The translations under genes and the position numbers were made by a program. A model generated the notes under the pieces. It was not told the DNA's origin. It made no database searches and was given only the letters and a program-made list of their open reading frames with translations. From Chryseobacterium gleum (GTDB taxonomy: Bacteria; Bacteroidota; Bacteroidia; Flavobacteriales_D; UBA2798), in assembly GCA_945865695.1 (NCBI GenBank), contig CAMBFX010000001.1, positions 3,660 through 67,659 of the forward strand: DNA of 64,000 bases. Direction: 5' to 3'. Position 1 is the first letter of the stretch. The number at the start of each line of letters is the position of its first letter. Positions 22,021 through 31,535 of the stretch are shown here, one piece after another.

Positions 22021-22072
22021 ACCCTTCCGTCTCGAAGACTCGACACCTCCCCTAGGATAAGGGGAGAATTGC
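22021..22072 (+). repeat. Single copy of the GC-rich hairpin repeat
   Basis: ACCCTTCCGTCTCGAAGACTCGACACCTCCCCTAGGATAAGGGGAGAATTGC. Perfect 7-bp stem CTCCCCT/AGGGGAG at 22047-22066. Lies between the convergent response regulator and msrB genes. Confidence 0.8.
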
Positions 22073-22132
22073 ATTCACTAAGAAACTAAAATTCTCCTTA
22101 TTTACAAAGTTTAAAATTAAATAATCCGCTAA

Positions 22133-22672
22133 TCATTTCTCTGGTTCAAAATCGAGCATAAGAGAATTCATGCAATAGCGTTTTCCTGTAGGTTTGGGTC
22201 CGTCATCGAAAATATGACCGAGATGTCCTTCACAACGTCCGCAAACCACTTCGATGCGTTGCATTCCATGTGTACTATCATCGTTATAAATCACTGCATC
22301 TTTTCTGATGGTTTCAAAAAAACTTGGCCATCCACAGGAAGAACCAAATTTTGCATCTGATTTGAATAATTTATTTCCGCAAGCAGCACAATAATAAATT
22401 CCGAGGCCAGTATAGTTCCAATATTTTCCCGAGAAAGCGTATTCTGTGCCTTTTTCGCGCGCGATATAATAAATACTATCTGGAAGTACCGCTTTCCATT
22501 GTTCGTTCGTTACATTCAATTTATTCGTGTCGGTGCGGGAGTAGTAAGGGTTAGTGGTTGGAGTGGACATGGATTGTTTTTCGTTTTTAGTTTTTTGTTC
22601 TTCGTTGGATGCTTGTGTTGAGCAGCAGAGTAATGTAATTCCAGTAGCTAAGAGAAGAAATAATTGTTTCAT
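22133..22672 (-). CDS. msrB: Peptide-methionine (R)-S-oxide reductase MsrB with an N-terminal signal/lipoprotein sequence
   Basis: SelR domain with two CxxC pairs (CAACGNKLF, CGRCEGHLGHIFDDGP) and the catalytic region RYCMNS. N-terminal LLCCS leader. Confidence 0.9.
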   Translation of the reverse strand: MKQLFLLLATGITLLCCSTQASNEEQKTKNEKQSMSTPTTNPYYSRTDTNKLNVTNEQWKAVLPDSIYYIAREKGTEYAFSGKYWNYTGLGIYYCAACGNKLFKSDAKFGSSCGWPSFFETIRKDAVIYNDDSTHGMQRIEVVCGRCEGHLGHIFDDGPKPTGKRYCMNSLMLDFEPEK

Positions 22673-22677
22673 ATTTT

Positions 22678-22706
22678 CAAAGTTATGCTATTTGAACGAG
22701 GAACAA
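22678..22706 (-). promoter_or_regulatory. Candidate msrB promoter, -7 box only 5 nt from the ATG
   Basis: Minus-strand TAACTTTG at 22678-22685 and TTG at 22704-22706, with an 18-nt spacer. The ATG is at 22670-22672. Confidence 0.4.
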
Positions 22707-22798
22707 CTTAATTTATGTTATGAAATGGGAGTTAAAAAATGTGAAATTCCATATCAAACAAAAACCCGTTAATTTTCAATAACGTAGAAGATTATTCT

Positions 22799-22838
22799 AA
22801 AAACAAAAAACCCTCCTTCGCTTAAGCTCCGGAGGGTT
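22799..22838 (-). terminator. Intrinsic terminator after the yqeY-like gene
   Basis: Minus-strand AACCCUCC...GGAGGGUU forms an 8-bp GC-rich stem with a 14-nt loop containing GCUUAAGC, followed by UUUUGUUUUU. Confidence 0.6.
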
Positions 22839-22889
22839 ATACACAACCAAATAAAATGAAACGGTTCAACCACAAACCGATTTTGATTT

Positions 22890-23333
22890 TTATCCTAATA
22901 ACTCTTTCACGATTCCTTGAATCACTTTTCCATCGGCTTTACCATTTAGTTTCGCCATAGAAGGACCCATTACTTTTCCCATATCAGCAGCTGAAGTTGC
23001 ACCTACTTGTGCAATCACTTCTCTGATAATAGCGCGAATTTGATCTTCACTCATCTGCTCGGGCAAATAAGCTTTGATAATATTCGCTTGGAATACTTCT
23101 GGATCTTCGAGATCTTTTCTTCCTTGTTGCTTGTAGATGTCTGCCGCTTCAATACGTTGCTTATACATTTTTTGCAAAATTTTCGCTTCGGCATCCGCAG
23201 TAACTTCTCCAGTTCCCTTGGTAGATTCTAAAAGCAAAGCTGCTTTGATAGCGCGTAACGCTTCCAGCTTTCCTTTTTCTTTTGCAAGCATGGCTGATTT
23301 AATATCAGCATTTATTTTTTCTGTTAGACTCAT
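22890..23333 (-). CDS. GatB/YqeY domain protein
   Basis: MSLTEKINADIKSAMLAKEKGKLEALRAIKAALLL is a typical YqeY-family N-terminus. About 147 aa. Confidence 0.85.
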   Translation of the reverse strand: MSLTEKINADIKSAMLAKEKGKLEALRAIKAALLLESTKGTGEVTADAEAKILQKMYKQRIEAADIYKQQGRKDLEDPEVFQANIIKAYLPEQMSEDQIRAIIREVIAQVGATSAADMGKVMGPSMAKLNGKADGKVIQGIVKELLG

Positions 23334-23410
23334 AAATGTTTAAAGTTTAAAGTTAAAGGTTTATGATTATGCCCAACTTTGAACATTGAACCTTAAACCT
23401 TCTAACAAAT

Positions 23411-25198
23411 TTAATCAACGTTATCGTGTAAGAATGAATTATTTGATTTCAAACCCGTTGTTTTGTTTCCGTTTTCATCGGTTTCTTCGCTTACTGTATA
23501 TTTTGATACAGTAGATTCAGATGAATGCGGTGTGTTCAACAAACTTACATTTCTTCTCTTGTAAGCTGGTTCATTTTCTAAATCAGCTAAACCCGATGGA
23601 GTTTTCAATTTATTGCTCAACTCTTTAATTTTAGAGAAACGATCGGATGATCTTTTTTGTTGTTCCTCCGTTGAAAGATGAGAAATATTTTCTTCTGAAT
23701 CAGATTCAGAAGTTGAGTTTTCAATAGTTGAATTCGATTTTTTCTCTTCTTCTAATGAATCATCCAACCAGTAATATTTCTTTTTCTCTTCTGTTTTCAC
23801 AGTCTCTACTTTCGGAACTTCAGCTATTGGAGTTGGAGTAACAGGCGTAGAATTAATTGGAGTTTCAACTTTTGAAACACTTTCAATACTTGGTGTTACT
23901 GTTTGTTCAACCAACGGTGTAGAAGAAATAGTTTCTTTCCATTCTGATTTCACTTCGGCAACCGGTTCAGCTGTTTTCATGAACGGTTCTTCAGAAGCCG
24001 TTTTGATTTCGAATTCAATGGTTGCTTGTGTTTTTATTTCTGATTTCAAAACAGGCGCTTCCGTTTTCCAAGTTGTTTCTTCCTTCTTCAAATATGGCTC
24101 TTCAGTTTTCGCCAAAATATTTTCGGTTGGAGATGAGATTTGATTTGCCACAGGCTTCTCTTCAACAAGAGTTACATATTTTTTTTCTGGCTCTGAAGTG
24201 GTCAATGAAGAATTTACACTTCCAGATTTGAATCCAGTTGCAATGATAGTGATATGTACTTTTTCTCCCAATGCTTCATCGATACCATAACCAATTTTTA
24301 CGTCGGCCGTATTTCCTGTTGCCTCTTGAATCAAGTCGGTGATTTCTCCAAACTCATCCATTGACAATTCAGTTTTTCCAGAGGTGATATCTAGTAAAAC
24401 AAATCTTGCTCCGCGAATATCATTATCATTCAATAAGGGTGAATTTAATGCATGCTCTATAGCTTTTAATGCACGGTTATCTCCTTCAGCAGTTCCAGAA
24501 CCCATCAACGCAACACCACTACTTTTCATCGCAGTGTTCACGTCATTGAAGTCAACGTTCATATGCTTCGTTAATGAAATTAATTCAGCAATACTTTTTG
24601 CTGCACTTGTTAAAACATTATCGGCTTTACCAAAAGCTTCACCTATCCCTAAATTTCCGTAAATCTCTCTCAATTTATCATTGGTGATTATTAATAAGCA
24701 ATCTACATTTCTCTTTAATTCTTCCAAACCTTCTTCAGCTTGTGCACGTTTTCTTTTTCCTTCAAACATAAATGGAATAGTAACGATTCCTACGGTGAGG
24801 ATTCCCATTTCTTTACATGTTTGAGCTATGATTGGAGCAGCACCAGTTCCAGTTCCTCCACCCATTCCTGCAGTGATAAAAACCATTTTGGTATTTGCAC
24901 CAAGCATATCGCGAATCGCATCGATACTTTCGATAGCAGAATTTCTTCCCATTTCTGGAATAGAGCCTGCTCCGAGACCTTGCGTAAGCGAAGTTCCTAA
25001 TTGAACTTTCAATGGCACTGGAGAAATATCCAATGCTTGTTTGTCGGTATTACATACAATGAAATCTACGCCTGTGATTCCTTGTCTGTACATGTGGTTA
25101 ACGGCATTACTGCCTCCGCCACCTACACCGATCACCTTGATGATAGATGTTTGCTCCTTTGGGAGATCGAATTTGATGAAGTTGGTTTCCATGTTCAT
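23411..25198 (-). CDS. ftsZ: Cell division GTPase FtsZ with a long disordered linker
   Basis: [10 protein letters not shown], the tubulin signature [10 protein letters not shown], and a conserved C-terminal peptide SFLHDNVD. Confidence 0.97.
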   Translation of the reverse strand: MNMETNFIKFDLPKEQTSIIKVIGVGGGGSNAVNHMYRQGITGVDFIVCNTDKQALDISPVPLKVQLGTSLTQGLGAGSIPEMGRNSAIESIDAIRDMLGANTKMVFITAGMGGGTGTGAAPIIAQTCKEMGILTVGIVTIPFMFEGKRKRAQAEEGLEELKRNVDCLLIITNDKLREIYGNLGIGEAFGKADNVLTSAAKSIAELISLTKHMNVDFNDVNTAMKSSGVALMGSGTAEGDNRALKAIEHALNSPLLNDNDIRGARFVLLDITSGKTELSMDEFGEITDLIQEATGNTADVKIGYGIDEALGEKVHITIIATGFKSGSVNSSLTTSEPEKKYVTLVEEKPVANQISSPTENILAKTEEPYLKKEETTWKTEAPVLKSEIKTQATIEFEIKTASEEPFMKTAEPVAEVKSEWKETISSTPLVEQTVTPSIESVSKVETPINSTPVTPTPIAEVPKVETVKTEEKKKYYWLDDSLEEEKKSNSTIENSTSESDSEENISHLSTEEQQKRSSDRFSKIKELSNKLKTPSGLADLENEPAYKRRNVSLLNTPHSSESTVSKYTVSEETDENGNKTTGLKSNNSFLHDNVD

Positions 25199-25232
25199 TT
25201 ATTTTTTGGTTGGTTGTGTGTTTGTTTTTTTT

Positions 25233-25289
25233 ATACACGATGCATCATGTATGTTATTATCTCTTTTTGATCCGCGATGCATCGCGGAT
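25233..25289. promoter_or_regulatory. Two palindromes sharing a CGATGCATCG core in the ftsA-ftsZ spacer
   Basis: 25270-25289 ATCCGCGATGCATCGCGGAT is a perfect 20-bp palindrome. 25233-25252 ATACACGATGCATCATGTAT is the same design with one mismatched pair. Centres are 37 bp apart. Confidence 0.6.
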
Positions 25290-25311
25290 TTCCACGCCCT
25301 GAAGGACTTGG

Positions 25312-26592
25312 CTATTTTATATCTTCGTCTTCAAAGAAACTTTTGGTGCCTCCGAGAATTTTCTCGAAGAAAGATCCTCTGCTTTTTTTAGAGTGAGTTT
25401 TTGCTGATTTGTGATTTTCACTTCGCATTTGTTTTTCATATTTCTCAAATCCTTTGATCACGAGTCCAACACCTGTTGCATACAATGGACTAGCACATTC
25501 ATCAGCACCTTTAGAAAGATGTTCATTAGGGTATCCAACACGAGCATCCATTCCAGTGATGTATTCGAATAATTGAGAAATATGTTTTAATTGAGAACCA
25601 CCACCCGTGATTACAATTCCACCAATGAGTTTTTTCTCATAGCCAGAATTTTTTATTTCGTAATAAACGTGTTCGATGATTTCTTCCATTCTCGCTTGAA
25701 TGATACTGGCTAAATTACGAATAGAAATTTCTTTCGGTTCTCTTCCTCGTAAACCTGGAATACAAACGATTTCGTTTTCTTGACTTTCACTTGCCAATGC
25801 AGAACCAAATTTCACTTTCAATAATTCGGCTTGTTTACCAATGATAGTGCAACCCTCCTTAATATCATCGGTAATAATATTTCCACCGAATGGAATAACC
25901 GCAGTATGACGAATAATTCCGTCTTGAAAAATAGCGATATCGGTTGTACCACCACCAATATCTACTAAAACTACTCCAGCTTCTTTTTCTTCCTCACTCA
26001 GAACAGCATCAGCCGAAGCCAACGGTTCTAGAGTAAGTTGATCTACTTCGAGACCCGCTTGAGCCACGCATTTATGAATATTTTTTGCAGCAGCAATTTG
26101 TCCAGTGATAATATGGAAATTCGCTTCGAGACGAATTCCCGACATACCAATCGGATTTTTTATTCCTTGTTCATAATCTACAATATATTCTTGCGGAAGA
26201 ACATGAATGATTTCTTCACCTGGAAGCATCACCAATTTATACATATCTTCAATGAGCATATCGATATCAATTTGCGTCATTTCTTCTTCTATGGAATTTC
26301 GTGTTCTGATTCCACGGTGTTGAAGACTTTTGATGTGCTGTCCAGCAATACCTACATTTACAATTCGTATTTCTACTCCTGATTTGCGTTCTGCTTCGTC
26401 AACAGCTGCGCGAATAGATTCTACGGTTCGTTTAATGTTTGAAACCACTCCACGAGTTACGCCAAGTGATTCTGCTTTTCCCACACCAAGAATTTCAATC
26501 TTGCCATGTTCATTTTTTCTTCCAACTAAGCAGGCGATCTTGGTGGTACCAATATCCAAGCCTACGATGATTTCTGATTCGTTTGATTCCAT
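25312..26592 (-). CDS. ftsA: Cell division protein FtsA
   Basis: Actin-fold motifs (VGLDIGTTKI, DIGGGTTD, VITGGGSQL). Start placed at MESNESE (ATG 26590-26592), which removes the 16-nt overlap with ftsQ. Confidence 0.95.
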   Translation of the reverse strand: MESNESEIIVGLDIGTTKIACLVGRKNEHGKIEILGVGKAESLGVTRGVVSNIKRTVESIRAAVDEAERKSGVEIRIVNVGIAGQHIKSLQHRGIRTRNSIEEEMTQIDIDMLIEDMYKLVMLPGEEIIHVLPQEYIVDYEQGIKNPIGMSGIRLEANFHIITGQIAAAKNIHKCVAQAGLEVDQLTLEPLASADAVLSEEEKEAGVVLVDIGGGTTDIAIFQDGIIRHTAVIPFGGNIITDDIKEGCTIIGKQAELLKVKFGSALASESQENEIVCIPGLRGREPKEISIRNLASIIQARMEEIIEHVYYEIKNSGYEKKLIGGIVITGGGSQLKHISQLFEYITGMDARVGYPNEHLSKGADECASPLYATGVGLVIKGFEKYEKQMRSENHKSAKTHSKKSRGSFFEKILGGTKSFFEDEDIK

Positions 26593-26597
26593 AGGGT

Positions 26598-27383
26598 TTA
26601 TTTTTTTGTGCAAATTATCTGATGTTTGAATTTTACGTTTATAGTGTCGTATTTTTCCCAGTCGGTGTTATTAAGACCTTCTTTATAAAATACGAGAAGT
26701 TTATTAAATTTTCCTTCCATATTATCGAGATTTCCGAACATCACTCGATGATCGCCAACTGTTGGAATTAATTCGAATTCTGCCGAAGAATTTACATGCA
26801 CTTGTTGTATTTGCGCTGACCAAAACTCATCGTCTTTAATAAATTTCGCTAATCTAAAAATTTCATCTGCCATATACATTTTATCTAGTTCGGGAGATAA
26901 GTCCAACTCACGTGCACTTAAATTGGTTGCGGGATCATTTATATTGCCTGTGAAAACTAAAACACGCGGAGAATATTTTTCGGATACTGGCATTTGAAAA
27001 CCTTCTTCATCCAAATAGAAATTTCTGCCTGACTGATTAAATACCCTTGCCATAGGAATTCGTTGATATATTTTAATACCTACTTCACCGTTCATAGATT
27101 TATAAACTTCTGCCAATTTTATTTCTGGAATTTTTCTAAGTGTTGTTTCAATTTCCTCGAGATTCACTTCACTCATCGTAGCTCCAACTGGATTTAAGCC
27201 GTCTACACGTAATGCAGAAATAATATCATCTTCATTAATAAAATGCATTCCTGTTTCTGTATCTACATTTATTATCAATTTCGAACAAATTTTAGTATTT
27301 TGTTTTGATTGCGAAAACGACAACATCACAATAGTTCCGATGAAGAAACCTACCCAAAGCAATATGTTAATTCTCTTTTTCAT
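26598..27383 (-). CDS. ftsQ: Cell division protein FtsQ (single TM helix plus POTRA-like domain)
   Basis: N-terminal TM helix. Position between murC and ftsA. Size 261 aa. Confidence 0.75.
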   Translation of the reverse strand: MKKRINILLWVGFFIGTIVMLSFSQSKQNTKICSKLIINVDTETGMHFINEDDIISALRVDGLNPVGATMSEVNLEEIETTLRKIPEIKLAEVYKSMNGEVGIKIYQRIPMARVFNQSGRNFYLDEEGFQMPVSEKYSPRVLVFTGNINDPATNLSARELDLSPELDKMYMADEIFRLAKFIKDDEFWSAQIQQVHVNSSAEFELIPTVGDHRVMFGNLDNMEGKFNKLLVFYKEGLNNTDWEKYDTINVKFKHQIICTKK

Positions 27384-28732
27384 TTAATTAAATCGGCAAT
27401 TGGCAAAATCATTTTATCAATATCACCTGCACCCATCGTTAATAAAACTTCAGGACGATTTTCATTTATATATTTCAAACAGTTTTCTTTCGACAAAATT
27501 CTTTTATTCGCTTTTTTCATTTTCCCCAATAACAATTCAGAAGTTACACCTTCCATTGGTAATTCACGAGCAGGATAAATTTCCAAAAGAATAATTTCAT
27601 CTAATAAATCTAAACTATGGGCAAAGGCTGTTGCAAAATCTTTTGTTCGAGAAAAAAGATGTGGCTGAAAAATTCCTGTTAATTTTTTAGCAGGGTATAA
27701 TTCCTTAGCACTAGAAATACAAGCTTTCAATTCTTCGGGGTGATGCGCATAATCATCGATAAAAATTACTTTATCGTTCTTCACGATGGTTTCGAATCGT
27801 CTTTTCACTCCGCGGAAGGAAGCCAGTGATTTTTTTATTTTTTCGTTATCTATTCCAAGAGACTGAGCAATTGCCACCGCGGCTAAAGAATTTTCAATAT
27901 TATGTCTGCCCGGCAAACCTAATGTTACATTCTCCATATTTCCATTTTCAGTTATAATAGAATAATGATAAGCCCCATTTTCTACTCTGATATTTTCGGC
28001 ATAAACATTTGCTTTGCCTAAAATCGAATATTCAATATGAGTTGAATGATGTTTCACATTCAATTCCTTCTTTGTCACTAATTCAGTTTTCACCTGTGTT
28101 GCAAATTGTAAATAGGTTTTCACCATTTCTTCTTTATTACCATAAATTTCCAAATGATCGGCATCCATAGAAGTTATTACTGCGTACTCTGGAAATAGTC
28201 GCAAGAAAGAACGATCGTATTCATCTGCCTCCACCACTGTATATGGAGAATCTGAATACAAAACATTTGAATTATAATTTACTGCTATTCCACCTAAAAA
28301 TGCATTGCAACCTATTCCACTTTCTGTTAGCAAGTGCGCAATCATGGTTGATGTAGTCGTTTTACCATGCGTTCCAGCAACAGCAATCGCTTTAGTTTGA
28401 TTAGTAATCATCCCTAAAACCTCGGCACGTTTTAAAATATAGAATCCTTCGTTTATAAACCAATTCAATTCGGAATGATGTGAAGGAATGGCTGGAGTAA
28501 ATACAACTAAAGTAGAATCTAATTTTTTAAATTCAGTTGGAACTAAATTTAAATCGTCTGAATAATGAATATTTATTCCTTCTTTTTCTAATTGCAAAGT
28601 CAATGATGTTGAATGCAAATCATAGCCCGCCACTTTTTTACCGTGGTGATTAAAATAACGTGCAAGTCCACTCATGCCAATACCACCGACACCAATGAAA
28701 TAAACGTTTGCTATGTTTTTCAAATCAATCAC
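27380..28732 (-). CDS. murC: UDP-N-acetylmuramate--L-alanine ligase
   Basis: YFIGVGGIGMSGLA, GTHGKTTTSTM and a Mur ligase C-domain. Confidence 0.95.
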   Translation of the reverse strand: MIDLKNIANVYFIGVGGIGMSGLARYFNHHGKKVAGYDLHSTSLTLQLEKEGINIHYSDDLNLVPTEFKKLDSTLVVFTPAIPSHHSELNWFINEGFYILKRAEVLGMITNQTKAIAVAGTHGKTTTSTMIAHLLTESGIGCNAFLGGIAVNYNSNVLYSDSPYTVVEADEYDRSFLRLFPEYAVITSMDADHLEIYGNKEEMVKTYLQFATQVKTELVTKKELNVKHHSTHIEYSILGKANVYAENIRVENGAYHYSIITENGNMENVTLGLPGRHNIENSLAAVAIAQSLGIDNEKIKKSLASFRGVKRRFETIVKNDKVIFIDDYAHHPEELKACISSAKELYPAKKLTGIFQPHLFSRTKDFATAFAHSLDLLDEIILLEIYPARELPMEGVTSELLLGKMKKANKRILSKENCLKYINENRPEVLLTMGAGDIDKMILPIADLIK

Positions 28733-29829
28733 TTTACTGTTTCTTTTATTACGGCAACTATTGCTTGAGTAGAATTATTAAATCCTAATGAAGCGATATT
28801 ATTTCTCAACTTATTTTGTTCCTCTTGATTAGTAAAAAGCATTTTCATGGTTTCACCTAATTTTTCTTTAGCATCCAAATCCTTCACCAAAATAGCCGCA
28901 TGATGATTGACCAATGCCATTGCATTTTTTGTTTGATGATCTTCGGCCACATTCGGAGATGGAATCAAAATGCAAGGTTTTTTTACCAAACATAATTCCG
29001 AAACTGAAATAGCTCCTGCTCGTGAAACCACCACATCGGCAACTGCATAAGCCAAATCCATTCTAGCGATAAAATCAAAAACTTTCACATTGCTAAATGT
29101 TGATGCAGATTGTTTCGCTCTTTCAAAAAATCCTTTTCCGGTTTGCCAAATTACTTGAATATTATTTTCTTTCAATAATGGTAAATTCAATTCTATCGCT
29201 TCGTTGATTGTTCTTGCGCCTAAACTTCCTCCGATAATCAATAAAGTAGATGCAGAAGTATTCATTCCAAAATGCTCAATACCTCTTTCTCTTTTACCTT
29301 CTAATTTCACTATTTCTTCTCTTACTGGATTTCCTGTGAGAACAATTTTCTCCTTTGGAAACCATTTTTCCAATCCTTCATAAGCGACACAAATTTTTCT
29401 CACTTTCTTAGAGAGAATTTTATTGGTAATGCCAGGATAAGAATTTTGTTCTTGAATAATGGTAGGAATTCCTTTTCCGGCAGCTGCTCGCAACATAGGG
29501 CCACTAGCAAAACCGCCTACACCAATCACCGCATCTGGCTTAAATTGTCTTAATATTTTTCTTGCTCTCAACAAACTTGAAATCACTTTAAATGGAAATG
29601 ATAAATTTTTTATTGTCAATTTTCTTTGCAAACCACTAATCCATAATCCTTCAATTTTATAACCTGCAGCAGGAACTTTCTCCATTTCCATTTTACCAAT
29701 TGCTCCAACAAATAATATTTCAATTTTAGGATCTTGTTTTTTCAATTCATTGGCAATGGCAATAGCCGGAAAAATATGTCCACCTGTTCCGCCTCCACTG
29801 ATAATAACTTTACGCAACGGCATACTCAC
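28729..29829 (-). CDS. murG: Undecaprenyldiphospho-muramoylpentapeptide beta-N-acetylglucosaminyltransferase
   Basis: ISGGGTGGHIFPAIAIA N-terminus and GGSLGA. dcw context. Confidence 0.95.
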   Translation of the reverse strand: MSMPLRKVIISGGGTGGHIFPAIAIANELKKQDPKIEILFVGAIGKMEMEKVPAAGYKIEGLWISGLQRKLTIKNLSFPFKVISSLLRARKILRQFKPDAVIGVGGFASGPMLRAAAGKGIPTIIQEQNSYPGITNKILSKKVRKICVAYEGLEKWFPKEKIVLTGNPVREEIVKLEGKRERGIEHFGMNTSASTLLIIGGSLGARTINEAIELNLPLLKENNIQVIWQTGKGFFERAKQSASTFSNVKVFDFIARMDLAYAVADVVVSRAGAISVSELCLVKKPCILIPSPNVAEDHQTKNAMALVNHHAAILVKDLDAKEKLGETMKMLFTNQEEQNKLRNNIASLGFNNSTQAIVAVIKETVK

Positions 29830-31003
29830 CCTCCTTTACTTTATTTCCTTCTTCATTATTTTCTGTTGTTACTTCTTCATCTTGATAAACACTTCTACTT
29901 ACCGATAAAATAATTCCTATTGATAAACAAGTAAACCAAGTTGATGTTCCACCCATACTGATGAGAGGCATATTTTGTCCTGTTACTGGAAGTAATTTTG
30001 TGCAAACCGCCATATTTACTATGGCTTGTAATAATAAATTCAAGGCTAGACCCATGACGAGAAAGGAGCCAAAATTTTTCTCGCATTTAATAGCAATTCG
30101 TATGGCTCGATAAAAGAAAATTAAAAACAATAGCACTAACAATACAGCTCCTGGCAAACCGAATTCTTCCACAAAAGAAGCAAAAACGAAATCTGCGTAT
30201 GCTTGTGAAAGTGCGTGTTTCAGTTGTCCGTTTCCTGGTCCAGTACCAAAAAATTTACCATTATAAATGGCCATTTCTGCATTATTAATCTGCCATTGCT
30301 CCTTTGGATCTTCACTGGCGTGATTAGAAAAACGATTCATCCATGTATCTAATCGCGGAAGTAAATCAGGATTTATTTTTGCAAGCGCAATCAATAATAA
30401 AAATCCAACTACAGCCGAACCAACAATAATTCCTATTTGTCTCCAAGGAACTTGTCCGATGAAAAACATAATCAATACTAATAAAAATGTTAAAGCAGCG
30501 GTAGAAAAATTCGCAGGTAAAATCAATGCGCAAATTAATCCAACGGGAATTAATATCGGTAACATTCCTTCTTTGAAATCATCCAGTTTCTCTCGATTTA
30601 TTACTAGCATTCTTGCTATAAACATGATCATAATAATTTTTGCAAAATCTGAAGTTTGAAATTGCAAGTTGATGAACGGAATTTTTAACCAACGATCGGC
30701 TGAATTTACACTCACACCTGCCACGAGAGTTAAAAATAAAAGTCCTACTGCTACCCAAATAAATAATTGAGAAATTCGAGAGTAGTAAGTATATTTTAAA
30801 TTATGCGCGTAGAACATTAAGAAAAACCCTGTTCCTAATGCAAACACGTGTTTTAATAAAAAGGATTCGGTATCGGTTCCTTTATGTTGATAAGTTAGAA
30901 TAGGAGTAAAACTATACACCGAAATCAATGACAATAATGCCAAAATCAGTGTAATCATCCAGATCACCTTATCACCTTTGAGATATGTAAAAACTGATTT
31001 CAA
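29810..31003 (-). CDS. ftsW: SEDS-family lipid II flippase/peptidoglycan polymerase FtsW
   Basis: Ten-TM-like profile with the FtsW/RodA C-terminal motif LPVTGQNMPLISMGGTS. Confidence 0.9.
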   Translation of the reverse strand: MKSVFTYLKGDKVIWMITLILALLSLISVYSFTPILTYQHKGTDTESFLLKHVFALGTGFFLMFYAHNLKYTYYSRISQLFIWVAVGLLFLTLVAGVSVNSADRWLKIPFINLQFQTSDFAKIIMIMFIARMLVINREKLDDFKEGMLPILIPVGLICALILPANFSTAALTFLLVLIMFFIGQVPWRQIGIIVGSAVVGFLLLIALAKINPDLLPRLDTWMNRFSNHASEDPKEQWQINNAEMAIYNGKFFGTGPGNGQLKHALSQAYADFVFASFVEEFGLPGAVLLVLLFLIFFYRAIRIAIKCEKNFGSFLVMGLALNLLLQAIVNMAVCTKLLPVTGQNMPLISMGGTSTWFTCLSIGIILSVSRSVYQDEEVTTENNEEGNKVKEGEYAVA

Positions 31004-31021
31004 TTTATACTTTTAAATAAA

Positions 31022-31528
31022 TTATTTTAAATCATTTACTAATTTTCGATAATGCTCACCACGTTCTTGAAAATCATTGTAACTGTCAAAACTGCTACAA
31101 GCTGGAGAAAACAAAACTACCGTGCCTGATTTTGCTTTTGATACTGTAAAATCCAACGCTTCCTTTAACGATTCCTTTTTAATATAACAATCAACTAAGC
31201 AGGAATACATATCGAAGAGCGAAGAATCATTTGATTTTCCGAATACGATTAAATTAACCACTTTGTCTTTTACGAATTTTAAAACATGCGAATAATCCGT
31301 TTCCAAATTAGTTGCACCCACTATCCAAGTTATTGGTGAATTGATTAACTCGAGAGAATAATAAGTTGATTCGATATCCGTAGATTTTGAATCATTAATA
31401 AATTCTACTCCGTTCCAATTGCGAACCGTTTCCATTCGATGTTCGATACCAGCAAATAATTGCAAACTTGCAGTACGTGCATTTAAATAATGATTACTTG
31501 CTGTTTTTATTCCGCTTTTAGATCTCAT
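31022..31528 (-). CDS. Stand-alone paralog of the MurD C-terminal (Mur ligase C) domain
   Basis: Aligns by eye with MurD residues from about 275 to the end. Example pairs: [96 protein letters not shown]. Roughly 40 percent identity. Start placed at MRSKSG (ATG 31526-31528), 7 nt after the murD stop. Confidence 0.6.
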   Translation of the reverse strand: [168 protein letters not shown]

Positions 31529-31535
31529 AACAAAA

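Noticed and set aside
22029-22040. Adjacent type IIS sites CGTCTC (BsmBI) and GAAGAC (BbsI) inside the GC-rich repeat, resembling a Golden Gate cloning scar
   Set aside because: The same segment recurs in diverged natural copies at other loci (21221-21230, and 44636-44650 in reverse). It is part of an endogenous repeat, not an engineering artefact.
25001-25391. Overlapping 89-aa and 116-aa plus-strand ORFs spanning the ftsZ start and the ftsA end
   Set aside because: They cross the ftsA-ftsZ spacer antisense to both genes. They are better explained by the palindromic spacer and shadow frames.
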